DNA from: Sphyrna mokarran
Taxonomy: Eukaryota
Direction of reading: 5' to 3'
DNA length: 64,000 nt
Assembly (NCBI GenBank): GCA_024679065.1
Contig: JAGIQG010000023.1
Location: 10,292,001 to 10,356,000, forward strand
Part shown: positions 49,833 to 60,700 of the stretch, piece by piece
Position numbering within the stretch: the first letter of the stretch is position 1
How the letters are laid out: every line of letters starts with the position of its first letter
Notes under the pieces: generated by a model
Told to the model about the DNA's origin: nothing
The model's database searches: none
The model's input: the letters and a program-made list of their open reading frames with translations, nothing else
Made by a program: the position numbers and the translations under genes

Positions 49833-50369
49833 GTAAGTGTGACTGTAAACAAACCATTTGGTGATTGAATTTTTGAAGAAATGTTTAACTCATAAGAGTT
49901 TCTGGGCATAACGGGATTTGCGCTCACAGTGGACAGGCCCAAATAGTCACCCATCCCTCATCTCTACACCCCCCACCCCAATCACCCCCCTGCCCCACCC
50001 CATGCCCTCTCCACAATGTTTAACTCTTGTGTCTGGGTTTTGAATGATGTCAAAGACAAAAGAACAAAGGGAGAAATCAGGAGCACGTAACGAACGCAAA
50101 TCAATATGGGACGTGTAATGCCCAACTCAAATAAGATGACAAACAAGTTCAATGATATTTTATGAAAAAGGAGTGAAGAGAGCAAATTAATGAGGGTCTG
50201 AGGAAAGGACAATGAAATGACTGGGGAGATCTTCCAGTGAACCAGCATTAAAATGATGGCATATCTGGGCTATAAAATTCCATCATTCCAGAAAATTACC
50301 TTGTCCTAAAACTTAAATGTTTCAAATTCCAGCACGCACACACCCCTAAAGAAGATGTCTCTGCTTACA

Positions 50370-51380
50370 AAGAACCAAGAAGAGTACAGCACAGGAACAG
50401 ACCCTTCGGTCTTCCAAGCCTCTGCCAATCATGATGCCCCAAATAAATTTTTAAAAAACCTTCTGCTCTTACTCAATCCATATCCCTCTATTCCCTTGCT
50501 ATTCATGTACCCATCCAGATGTCTCTTAAATGCTGCTAATGTGCCTGCTTCCACCATCTCCTCTGGCAGCGCATTCCAGACACTCATCACTCTCTGAGCA
50601 AAAGACTTCTCCCCAAACATTTCCCTTAAGCTTTCTCCACCTCACCGTGAATCTGCCCCCCCCAACTTGTAGTTGACACTTCCGCGTGCAAACAGCCTCT
50701 GATTATCCACCCTGTCTGTGCGTAGACCTCTATCAGGTCTCCTCTCAGTCTCCATTTTTCTAATGAAAATAATCCTAGTTTATTCAACCTCTCCTCACAG
50801 TCAACACTTTCGAGACAGGCAACATCCTTATGAACCTTCTTTGCCCTCCCTCCAAACCTTCCATGCTCTTCTGGTAGTGGGGTGACCAGAACTGCACGCA
50901 ATACTCCAAATGCAACCTGACCAAGGTTTTATACAGATTCAACATGATTTTCCAACTCTTGTACTCAGTGCTCTAGCCAATGAAGGCAAGCATGTCATAT
51001 ATCTTCTTAATCACCTTGATCACCAGTGTTGTCATTTTAGTGAACTGTGAACCTGCATGTCCAGGTCTCGTTCTATGTTCATGTTCCTAAAGAGCTCTAC
51101 CATTTACAGTGTAATTCATGCCTGAACTTCATCCTTCAAAATGCATCATCTTGCATTTGTCCGGATTAAACTCCATCTGCACAAGTCTCCAATCTCTCCA
51201 TATTTTGTTGTATCCTCTGACAATCTCCAGCATTATCAGCAACTCCACCAATCTTTGTGTCGTCCATAAATTTACGAATAAGACCACCCACGTTTTCCAC
51301 CAGATTATTTCTAAAACAACTGCAGAAGTCCCGGCTCTGATTCCTGTGGAATAACATGAGCTACAGATCTCCAATCTTTA
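50370..51380 (-). mobile_element. CR1 3' fragment
   Basis: KFMDDTKIGG, QMEFNPDKC, EERLNKLGLFSLEK.RLRGDLIEVY, WNALPEE.VEA. Confidence 0.85.
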
Positions 51381-52078
51381 AAAATTACATCCTTTCACTT
51401 TAGTCTATGTGAATGTTGCAGTTTTGTTTTCCACAGAGTGAGAGAAACACATTTCCTGGTGGTTGTTCTGGTAAAAAAAGAGCAAAATGGCCAGAAATTC
51501 CATTTGCCGCTGAAGATTGTAAGAACTTCAATTGCAATGCTATATCTTTCTTTCATTTTGGAACAAATGATTTACTAAAATGCTCTGAGACAATCAGTGC
51601 CTAGTGGAGGGTGGTTGGGGAAAGGATAGAGAGGAGAGGGTCTCCCACTGATAACATGGACCATTATAATTAAACGGACCGAAAATCACTGGCTGGTTTG
51701 TGATGTTCACGGTTAGTGAATGAAGATTCCCCTCGTGACTGTAAGCTCATAGAACTGACCCCAGGCAATGACCGTTCCCAATGGTGGCAACGTATTCATG
51801 AGGAATTGATGACAAAAAGGGGAATATCCGGATTGAAATTCACCAATCCGAACTCATTAACTGTCCACCACCAACTCTCAGATTTGGGGAATAAAATGAA
51901 ATTTGCAGTAAAACTGGGCCAGATATGAGCTGCTTCTCTATTGTGACCAGAGAGGGAAAAATTACACAGAAATCAGATCTTTCCTCAAGTACTGAAGTCC
52001 CATTTCACAACGACGCTCTCTCAGTTGATGGAGAGTGAAAATGAGGTGAATCTGAATGTTATTCCTATGTTTCAACAG

Positions 52079-52199
52079 AATCTAAATATTTATGTGAAGT
52101 TTCTACAACAGAATCATCAACTACGACACATTGCACAAGTACAAACATTATTTCCACCAGCAGCAGCAACAAATCTTCAGAATCGAAAAATGATGAAAG
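52079..52199 (+). CDS. Gene B exon: Ser/Thr-rich stalk (ESKYLCEVSTTESSTTTHCTSTNIISTSSSNKSSESKNDE)
   Basis: tttcaacag acceptor, 121 nt, phase 1-2, AG|gtacac. Confidence 0.82.
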
Positions 52200-52479
52200 G
52201 TACACTGTTCTCATTGGGGATGTAACGATTGGCATGGATTTCTATGCAACGGACTAAATGTTCTTTAAACATTTGGAGATGATGTTGTTTATTATTTTGT
52301 AATGTGTCTGATCAGAATGGAAATAGTGGCCGAACTCACATCATGCTGTTGTGTCAGCGTTCTAACCAAGGTCTAATTCTTTGACATTGGAAATTACAAA
52401 TAAGGGACAGAATTGCCTTACCCAATGTTTCCCTCTGCACAACTCAATGGCAAGTCAGACCTTATCTTCCATCCAATAG

Positions 52480-52780
52480 GACGGCATGGTGGCACAGTGG
52501 TTAACACTCTTCCCTCACAGCATCAGGGACCCAGGTTCAATTCCTAGCTTGGGTCTCTGTCTGTGCAGATTCTGCACACTTTCCCCATGGCTGCATGGGT
52601 TTCCTCTATGTGCTCCAGTTTCCTCCCACAGTCCAGAAGCCATGCTGGTTAGGGACATGGGCCATGCTAAATCATCCCTCAGTGTACTCAAACAGGTGCC
52701 AGAGTGTGGCGACTAGGGGATTTCCACAGTAACTTCATTGCAATGTTAATGTAAGTTTCCTTATGATGAATAAATAAACT
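52480..52780 (+). mobile_element. V-SINE (cacagtaac-type tail)
   Basis: Head ggcatggtggcacagtggttaac, core and tail present. Confidence 0.85.
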
Positions 52781-52872
52781 TTTTTTTTACTGTTCCATTA
52801 ATTTTGCACCTGGGGGTTTTGCACAGTCTTCCCTGGCAGGGTGGGCTTGAGGGCATATTATTTCTGCAACAG

Positions 52873-52960
52873 AATCACCAACTACGATGCATTCCACAAG
52901 TACAAATATTATTTCCACTGGCAGCCACAGCATATCTTCAGAATCGGAAAATAATGAAAG
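52873..52960 (+). other. Duplicated partial stalk exon of gene B (alternative exon or pseudo-exon)
   Basis: Paralog of 52112-52199 including the downstream intron. tttctgcaacag acceptor, 88 nt, phase 1-2, AG|gtacaa. ESPTTMHSTSTNIISTGSHSISSESENNE. Confidence 0.55.
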
Positions 52961-54759
52961 GTACAATGTTCTTATTGGGGATGTAATGATTGGCACACAT
53001 TTCTGTGCAACAAGTGAAATGTTCTTTGAACATTTGGAGACAATGTGGCTGATCAGAATGGAAATGGTGTTCCCCCGCTCCCCCTCCCACCACCACCCTC
53101 ACCACTCCAACCCATTGATGGGCATGTTGAGCTGCTAAAATTACCAGAGAGCGGAGAAAGCATTTGAGTCCAATTTCTCACCTCTCATAATCTTACCAGT
53201 ATCAGATATCCGGCACGTTCAGCCTCCAGCCCATTTCTGGCGAAAGGCTGAATACATTTGTTAAGTCGACGATAAGCCTAATTTAGATGAAATTAACCAC
53301 CCCGGGACGTAATCGTTCTTACCTTTGTGACTTGGCTGGGAGATTCTCTGATCAAGAAAACACCTGGACCTCATAAACAAGGACCAATGGTGATGGCCTC
53401 AGCGGTAGGACTGGAGGCCGTTGATGTCCCTAGGAGGTCGAGGGCAAGTGGAGGAGATGCTCCTTGTGCAATGCCAACGATATGACTGGTGTACGGAGAC
53501 CAAAATGCATACAATCGTTGGGATGGGAGGAGGGCCCGCTGGCAACCTGCCCATAAGCAATGCTGAGGTAAATGGGACCTGCTTTCAATTGCACGTGAGC
53601 AGTAGTGGTAGAGGGGAGGGGTGATTAGTCAGGGTGTTGTGAGAAGCTGGACAGAGGTGATATTTTCAGGGGAGCTGATGGCGATCAGCCATGGGCCTGT
53701 GGATAGATTGGTGGTGCGGGTGTTTTCCTGAAGTCAGCTGCATTCGCAATGTGCCAACAGAATTCTATCTGAAACCTGTCAACTCTCTGCTGGATGCCAT
53801 TGCGCATGTGCAGCCACATAGATCTCCACATGCACAATGGCTCCCTCTGCTGCTGCAGCAGCCTTTCTGGCAGGTTAAGCTTAGCCTTTCACTCTAGTTG
53901 CTGGAAGCAGACTAGTCTATTTTTTTTTGTTGCTCTGAGTGCAAATGATATGAAACAAACTCACCCACAAAATGAATCTGAAATACTCCTGTCTTCATGC
54001 TAACAGTCCAAAGATATGTGTATTACATTGTTTGACTATGCTAAATTGGCCCTAGTGTCAGGGGGATTAGTAATATGTGGGATTACAGGAATAGGGCCTG
54101 GGTGAGATTGTGGTCGGTGCAAACTCGTTGGGCCGCATGGCCTCCTTCTGCACTATCTGGATTTTATGATTCCATGATTCTCGCTGGACACAGAATTTTT
54201 CTCAGAAAATCACCTATTTGTTTCTGTTAGAGGAAATTCAGACTAATAAGGAAGCTTTTTCTGTTTCAACACCTTAGATGGTGCAGTTTTCATTATTCAC
54301 GTTCATCACTTTACCATCAACCCAATCTCAGCAGGTCCTTCAGCATCTGTAGAGAGAGGAGCAGAGTTAACATTGAGTGGAATATGATTTTATTTAGGAA
54401 CAGTGTGGGATGGTGTTATTAGAAGTTTTTTACTCATTGAACAGATATTTCACCATTGTTATATTGCATCAGACAATGTTGCTGTCCCAGTGACCAGTCA
54501 ATTCATAACATTCTTACTTCTAAGATTTTACTCAGCATTACCGATATACTGAGGAAATGTAATGAAACCAGCTCCATTTGATCCGTATCTAATGATTATG
54601 AAGTTAATCAGTGAAACTCTAGTTGATTGCTCCAGCTCACGTGCCTTGTCTGTGCAGCACTGCTACAATAGGTCAGAGTGTAAAGAGGAGATTAATGTTT
54701 CAAACATGAAGCTGCCTCATTCCCTTCAAATCATTCTGTATTTCTTCCAGTTTGCTCAG

Positions 54760-54850
54760 TTTCATTATCTGGAATGTGATTCGCTGGGGGCTCTTTACCC
54801 TCCTGGTGATTTGTGTTATTTCGGTCACATGGTACACGAGAAAATCTCAG
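54760..54850 (+). CDS. Gene B exon: transmembrane segment with Arg, identical to gene A
   Basis: Same 91 nt as 28671-28761. An extra in-frame acceptor (ttcttccag) 9 nt upstream would start the exon at 54751. Confidence 0.88.
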
Positions 54851-56316
54851 GTGAGGATTACGGAATTTACAACAATCATTCTGTAAGTTTCATGATAGAA
54901 ACATGAAAAGGCAGGGAACAGAGAGATAGGACCATGTAGAGGCAAGAAAATATTAGATTAGAGAGACATCTGTATCAGCACAGACTTGGTGGGCGTGTTC
55001 CTATATTGTTCTTTGTTCTGCCGTATTGCTCAGAACGAGTGCCACGGTGTCACACACTGGTAGGACAGGCTGTGATTGAGCCCACCCTGACAGCAACTTA
55101 CTTTCCAAAAGATTGAAATGCTATTTTTAAAGTCTGGCCAGATTTATGAATGTTAAGATGGTACTGCAATCCCCACATATACCATCCTCCCACTTCAAAC
55201 ACCATGTAATATCTCCACCCTCCAACCCTCCCCCAACTCCCAACACTGCTTCCGGCATTGCTTGACAACTTCCTTGGTATTTCCCCCAGCCAAGTGGCAT
55301 GAATGTTATTTCCCCAACCACCCTCCACTAGGCACTGATTGTCTCAGAGCATTTTAGTAAATCATTAGTTCCAAAATGTAAGAAAGATGTAGCCTTGATA
55401 TTGTTTAGATTTTGCTGCAATCGGACATTGAGACTTCGGTATGTGAAGAGTCACAAATCATATTAAACACTGTGCAGTCAACAGCAAACATCCCCATTTT
55501 TGACCTCATGTTGGAAAGAAAGGCATTGCTAAAGATGGTTGGGCTGAGAATCTTTTGTACCTCATGTAGTGATGTCCTGGAACTGAGATGGCTGACCTCC
55601 AACCATAACAATTACCTTCCTTTATACCAGGTATCACTCCAACCAATGGAGGGCTTTCTACCCGAGTCCCATTCATTCCTGTTTTGTTCAGGTTCTTTGA
55701 TGCCACACTCAGTCAATTGCTGCCTTGATATCAAGGGCAGTCACTCTCACCTCACTCTGGCATTCAGCTCTTTTGTCCATGTTTTAACACAGGCTATAAT
55801 AGGGTCAGGAGTTGAGTGACCCTGGCTGACCCCAAACTGAGCATCCACGAGCAGCTTATTGATGAGTAAATGCCTCTTGATGGTGCTGTTGATGACCTCT
55901 TCCATCACTTTACTGATTATTGAGATTTAACTGATGGGGCAGTAATTGGCCAGGTTGGATTTGTCCTTTTTATGGAAACATAACTGAGCAATTTTCCACA
56001 TTGCTGGGAGATGCCAATATTGTAGCTGTACTGGACCAGCTTGCCGAGAGGTGCAGCAGGATCTGGAGCAGAAGCCTTCACTATTATTGCCAGAGAATTA
56101 ATCACAGCCAGAAGGAAATATTAGTTACCCATGAGAAAGTAATGTTACATGTCTTTATGTGGGATACAAATAACAATTCTTCCCAGCAATGGGTGATCAA
56201 TGTGATCTCGAAACTGCCCCAAATTGTTGCTATTTCCAGAATTCTGTTCAAGACTGAAATGTCAATTGATACATCGTTCTCCCAGTCTCAATGAATCCAA
56301 TGATTTTCTTTTCCAG

Positions 56317-56364
56317 TCACTCAATGAATCCGATGCTCACAGTTGGACCAAAGTGGGAAAATGA
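56317..56364 (+). CDS. Gene B putative terminal coding exon: short tail SLNESDAHSWTKVGK*
   Basis: gattttcttttccag acceptor in phase 0, stop at 56362-56364, AATAAA at 56462-56467. Confidence 0.62.
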   Translation, partial: SLNESDAHSWTKVGK

Positions 56365-57676
56365 AGACTCCAGGATTCTATCTGCATCGACAGAATTTTG
56401 CATCCTGGTCAAACATCCATTCCTCATCCAGCTTTGAACATTTCTCTTGACAAATCTACAGAATAAAATGTTTTTTGTCATTTAATGATTTTAACCAAAA
56501 CATTAGTGCTGGGTCCTTCAAGTTGCATATCTACATCTGAACAACAACTGATCTGTTTGCTGACTTAAGGTTGAGAATTCTCATTTCATATTCTTACCTT
56601 AATCTCTGTTAATTTAAAGAGTAGCACATTCTGTAAGAAATAGACAATATGATTTTTGCAGTCACTGGAAACAATTCGCTCCAATGCTATGTTCCACGTT
56701 GAATGTGCCTGTATAACAATAGGATGGGAGACACACTCGTTCAATGAGAAGTTGTTTTCTCGAGATGGCATCAGAATGAGGTGACGTCTTGCAAGCTGTG
56801 CCCAGTATATCTTCTAATTCTATCTTTTACTCTTGTTCCACACTTTAAAACTTTGTTCTAACTCTTTTAAACTACGACTGTATTGCTACATTCTGCACTT
56901 GCTCCATTCCTTCTCTGTGAACAGTATGCTTTGTCTGTATAAAACACAAGAAACTAAACTTTTCACTGTATAGCAATATCTGTGACAACAATAAAACAAA
57001 TCAAATCAAGCATGTATTTCCTTTTACTTCAGAAAGCTGAATTTCTCTTAATTTCATGCTGTTATGATTTCACCTTTATTTTAGCAAACACAATCTACAC
57101 TGTGAAAATTTCCCTGTTTCCCAATGTTTACAAGTTCAGTTTCAAGCCTGAAGCCTAATTCCCCATCTGAATTCCACCTCACTTGTTCCCCCTCCGCACT
57201 GGGTCTGTGTGTGTGTGTGTGTGTGTGTGGGAAATCTGCTCGACATCAGCCAGTCCTGGATGGTCGAAAATTACAACTGCACATTGTGAACAGTGAAGCC
57301 ATTGTCTTTATCCCCACAAGAAACATCTTTGACTCCATCTACCTCCCTGTCCAATTGTGTCCTCGTCCACACTGTAGGTACCTCCTCACTCAGCTATTCC
57401 AATGTCTGGGCATCTCCCATCCAGCATTAAATTCACCCCATCAAAATCCCTCTGCCAGTTTTACTGGGATAAAGGCTGTATATAAATGCAAGTTTTGCTC
57501 CTTGAACTCCACTCCACCCAGAAGGAAATAAAACAAATTCAGGATAAACCTGCCCTCAACTGGCAGGAACTGTTTTTCAAGTAGTTGCTGCTTGATTTTA
57601 CTGGAGGTTGCCAATTAGCTGGTAATTCTACTGAAAACATCAGAAATCAAATTAGAGACTCCCAGTCGCTGAGCTA

Positions 57677-57784
57677 CCTACTGCCATACTGGTCTCAAAA
57701 TATCTAACCGCAGAAGCTAAAAAGACACAGGCCTGGTTAGTTCTTGGATGAGAGACTGCCTGGGAATACCAGGCACAGTCGGCT
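57677..57784 (+). pseudogene. 5S rRNA-derived sequence (duplicate of 31720-31828)
   Basis: Same 5S-like boxes, inside the duplicated block. Confidence 0.8.
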
Positions 57785-60700
57785 ACACAACAAGATATCC
57801 CAGTTGGTGCCAGCAATTTTCACCTGACTTCACTCGGAAACAGAGCACCTGTTGTCAATTGTACTTGGATTCAGGGAGGGGCCAATCCCAGTACTGGGAT
57901 ATTGAGCGTGTAATGGGGTCTGACAAGTTCAGGAGTGAATTTGGCCTCTCTCCCTCAGACTCTCAGTGTGCACGTTACAGTATGTGTCCTTCCCTCAGTC
58001 TGTCACTAAACCCAAGAAGTTTATTTGGTAACAAACACCACTAGCTTTTGGGGCTTTGTTCCTTTGTCAGCTGAGTGAGGAATTCACCTCATGAAAGGGC
58101 AAAGACCCGAAAGCTTATGGCGTTTATCACCAAATAAACCTCTTGGACTTTAACCTAGTGTTATGAGACTTCTTACTGTGTTTACCCCAGTCCAATGCCA
58201 GCATCTCCACATCATGAATAAACCCGAGACTCAGACTATTACTGATAGTACAGTGTGAGTGTCGCTTATACAGGAGCACTTGTATTGATGTCTCTCTTTG
58301 TAGGGGTTAATGTATCTGAGGTTGAATTCCCAGCAAACCTCTCTCTTTACGGCAGCAACTTCCCCTATATCCCCATCACCCTCCCCCACCAGCGCCACTC
58401 CACCCTTCACTGTATCATAACAGAGAGACCAATTCCTTTCTCCACACGTAACAGATTGCTGTTCGAGACCTGATTTTCTTATTGGTTTCAATGGTTGAAA
58501 AGGTTCTGTTTGATATAGAATGCTGCCAGTATATGTTCCATCTTAAGTGAACAGAAACTCAGTTTAACCACAATTTATTCTCTCCTCAAATAAGCTGATG
58601 CTTGATGACCAGCAGCTGAACTCTGAAAAAAATATTTTCAAGTTCATTTCACCTCATGGTGGTTTAACCACGAGAAAAATGTGTTGCTGGTCTCAAGGTT
58701 GGTGTGTGACAGAGAGATGTGAACACACAATAGCTGTTAGGTACTAAATGAAGGGTTGTGGTTGCAATTGAGAGAAGGAGATCTGCATCGTTGCAGGACT
58801 TGTTAGAGGCAAACATCATGGTCACTGATTCATTATTGGGCTCCATGTGACACAGGTGGGGAAACAGTGAACAGGTGTACAGGCTTCATAGGAACCGCAC
58901 CATGAGTAACTTACCCCAGAGGGAGGAGCTACTGAGTTGGATGAAGACTCATGATTCATAATCAAAAGCAAAGGCCAAAGCTGAGTGAAAATGGATGGAT
59001 TGATTTCCATCGATTCCCAAAAATCCTGAAACAGTTAAACTGTGCTGGGAAATGAGGCTGTATTCTTGCAGCTCAGAACATTGATGGTCCTTTCTGGAAT
59101 TGGGTGGCAGTTTCTTCAGGTCTCATGCTTATGTTCATCAACTGTGCACCATCCCACACTGAGCCAAGCAAGGATAAAATGTTGGCTAAGCATGGATTTT
59201 ATGATCAGCGTGTGGGCCCTCACAGCCTGGTATTAAATGAAGAGATGAGTCTATCCCCATCTAGCTGCTTTACCACTCACCCATTCAATGCCCTTTGGGA
59301 TTGAGACCTCCTTCAGGATGGAAGTCTCAGTTCTGGGAATGGGCTGCCAATCAAATAGCCCATCGTTCACACCCCATTATAGCATCAGTAAGTTCGAGAC
59401 TGTGATGTTTTCAGCAATAACACTCACAAGCCAATCGCAAAGATCATTGGGGAAATAATAATTACCCTGTTAATTAGTACATTTAATTAATTGTGAAGAC
59501 TTATATTTTTTGGGCAGTGAATTCAGACACCCACCAATCTCTGTGTGAAAAGGTTTTTTTGTCTAATTTTTCTACCAGTTCCCTCAAATCTATGCCCCCT
59601 GGTAATTGATGTCTCAGCTGGGGGAGGTGATGGCCTATTGCTGGAGTTTTAATCCAGAAACTCAGCTAATGTTCTGTGGATTCAGGTTCAAATCCTGCAA
59701 AGGCAGATGGTGGAATTTGGAATCAATAAAAATAATCTTGAATTAAGAATCTATGGTGTCCATGAAATGATTGTCGATTGTGGGAAAAGCCCATTTAGTT
59801 CACTAATATCCTTTAGGGAAGGAAATCTTCCATCCTTAGCTGGTCTAGCTTCAATGTGACTCCAGAATCACAGCAATGTTGTTGACTCTCAACTACCCTC
59901 CAAAGGTAACTAGGGATGGGCAATCAATGATGGTCAGGCAGTGACGCCCAAGACCCATCAATGAATAAAAAGTAACAGGCTTTTCCTGTCCACCTTATCT
60001 AGGCCATTCATTGTTTAGTACATCATAATTAGATCATCCTTCTTCTAAGGAAAACAACTTTAGCCCATCCAATCTTCTCTTTTAGCTGTAGTTTTCCCTG
60101 CCAACATTTTTGTAAACCTCCTCTGTGCTCACTTCAGAACAATTCCGTCCTTCCTATAATGTAATGACCAGAACTGTACACAAAATTTTAGCTGTGGCCT
60201 AACCAGTGTTTTGTACAATTCCAACATTACACCCAATAAAGGAAAGCATTCACCGACCTCCAATTCTCCAATACTGTGCCCATTACACTCTCGCTTTTCA
60301 CTGTTTTGGCTCCGTTTTTCATCGCGTAGCCAGTCATTTTTGATGCATTAATCTTTGAACTTTGTAACAGTTGTCTTTCCAAATTTTAGGATTTTTGCTC
60401 CTGCTTTTTTTGTTCTTTTACGTAATGGTGCCAAACCTAAATGTATTAAGCTCACTATCACCAGAATGGACCCCACTGCTACTTCATCCACTCGCTCAAG
60501 TTAACTTCCTGAGACAAAATCCAGACCCTTCCCCTCTCATTGGGCTTTTTAGTACTGGCTAAAAAACTTCTCTTGAATTCAGTCCAAGAATGTTGTGCCC
60601 CTGTGTTGCTCACATTGTTCATTCTCCAGTTTATACTCGGGATGATTGAAGCCCCAACTGTTACTGCCCTATTGTTTCTGCATTCAGAAATGTTCCTGCG

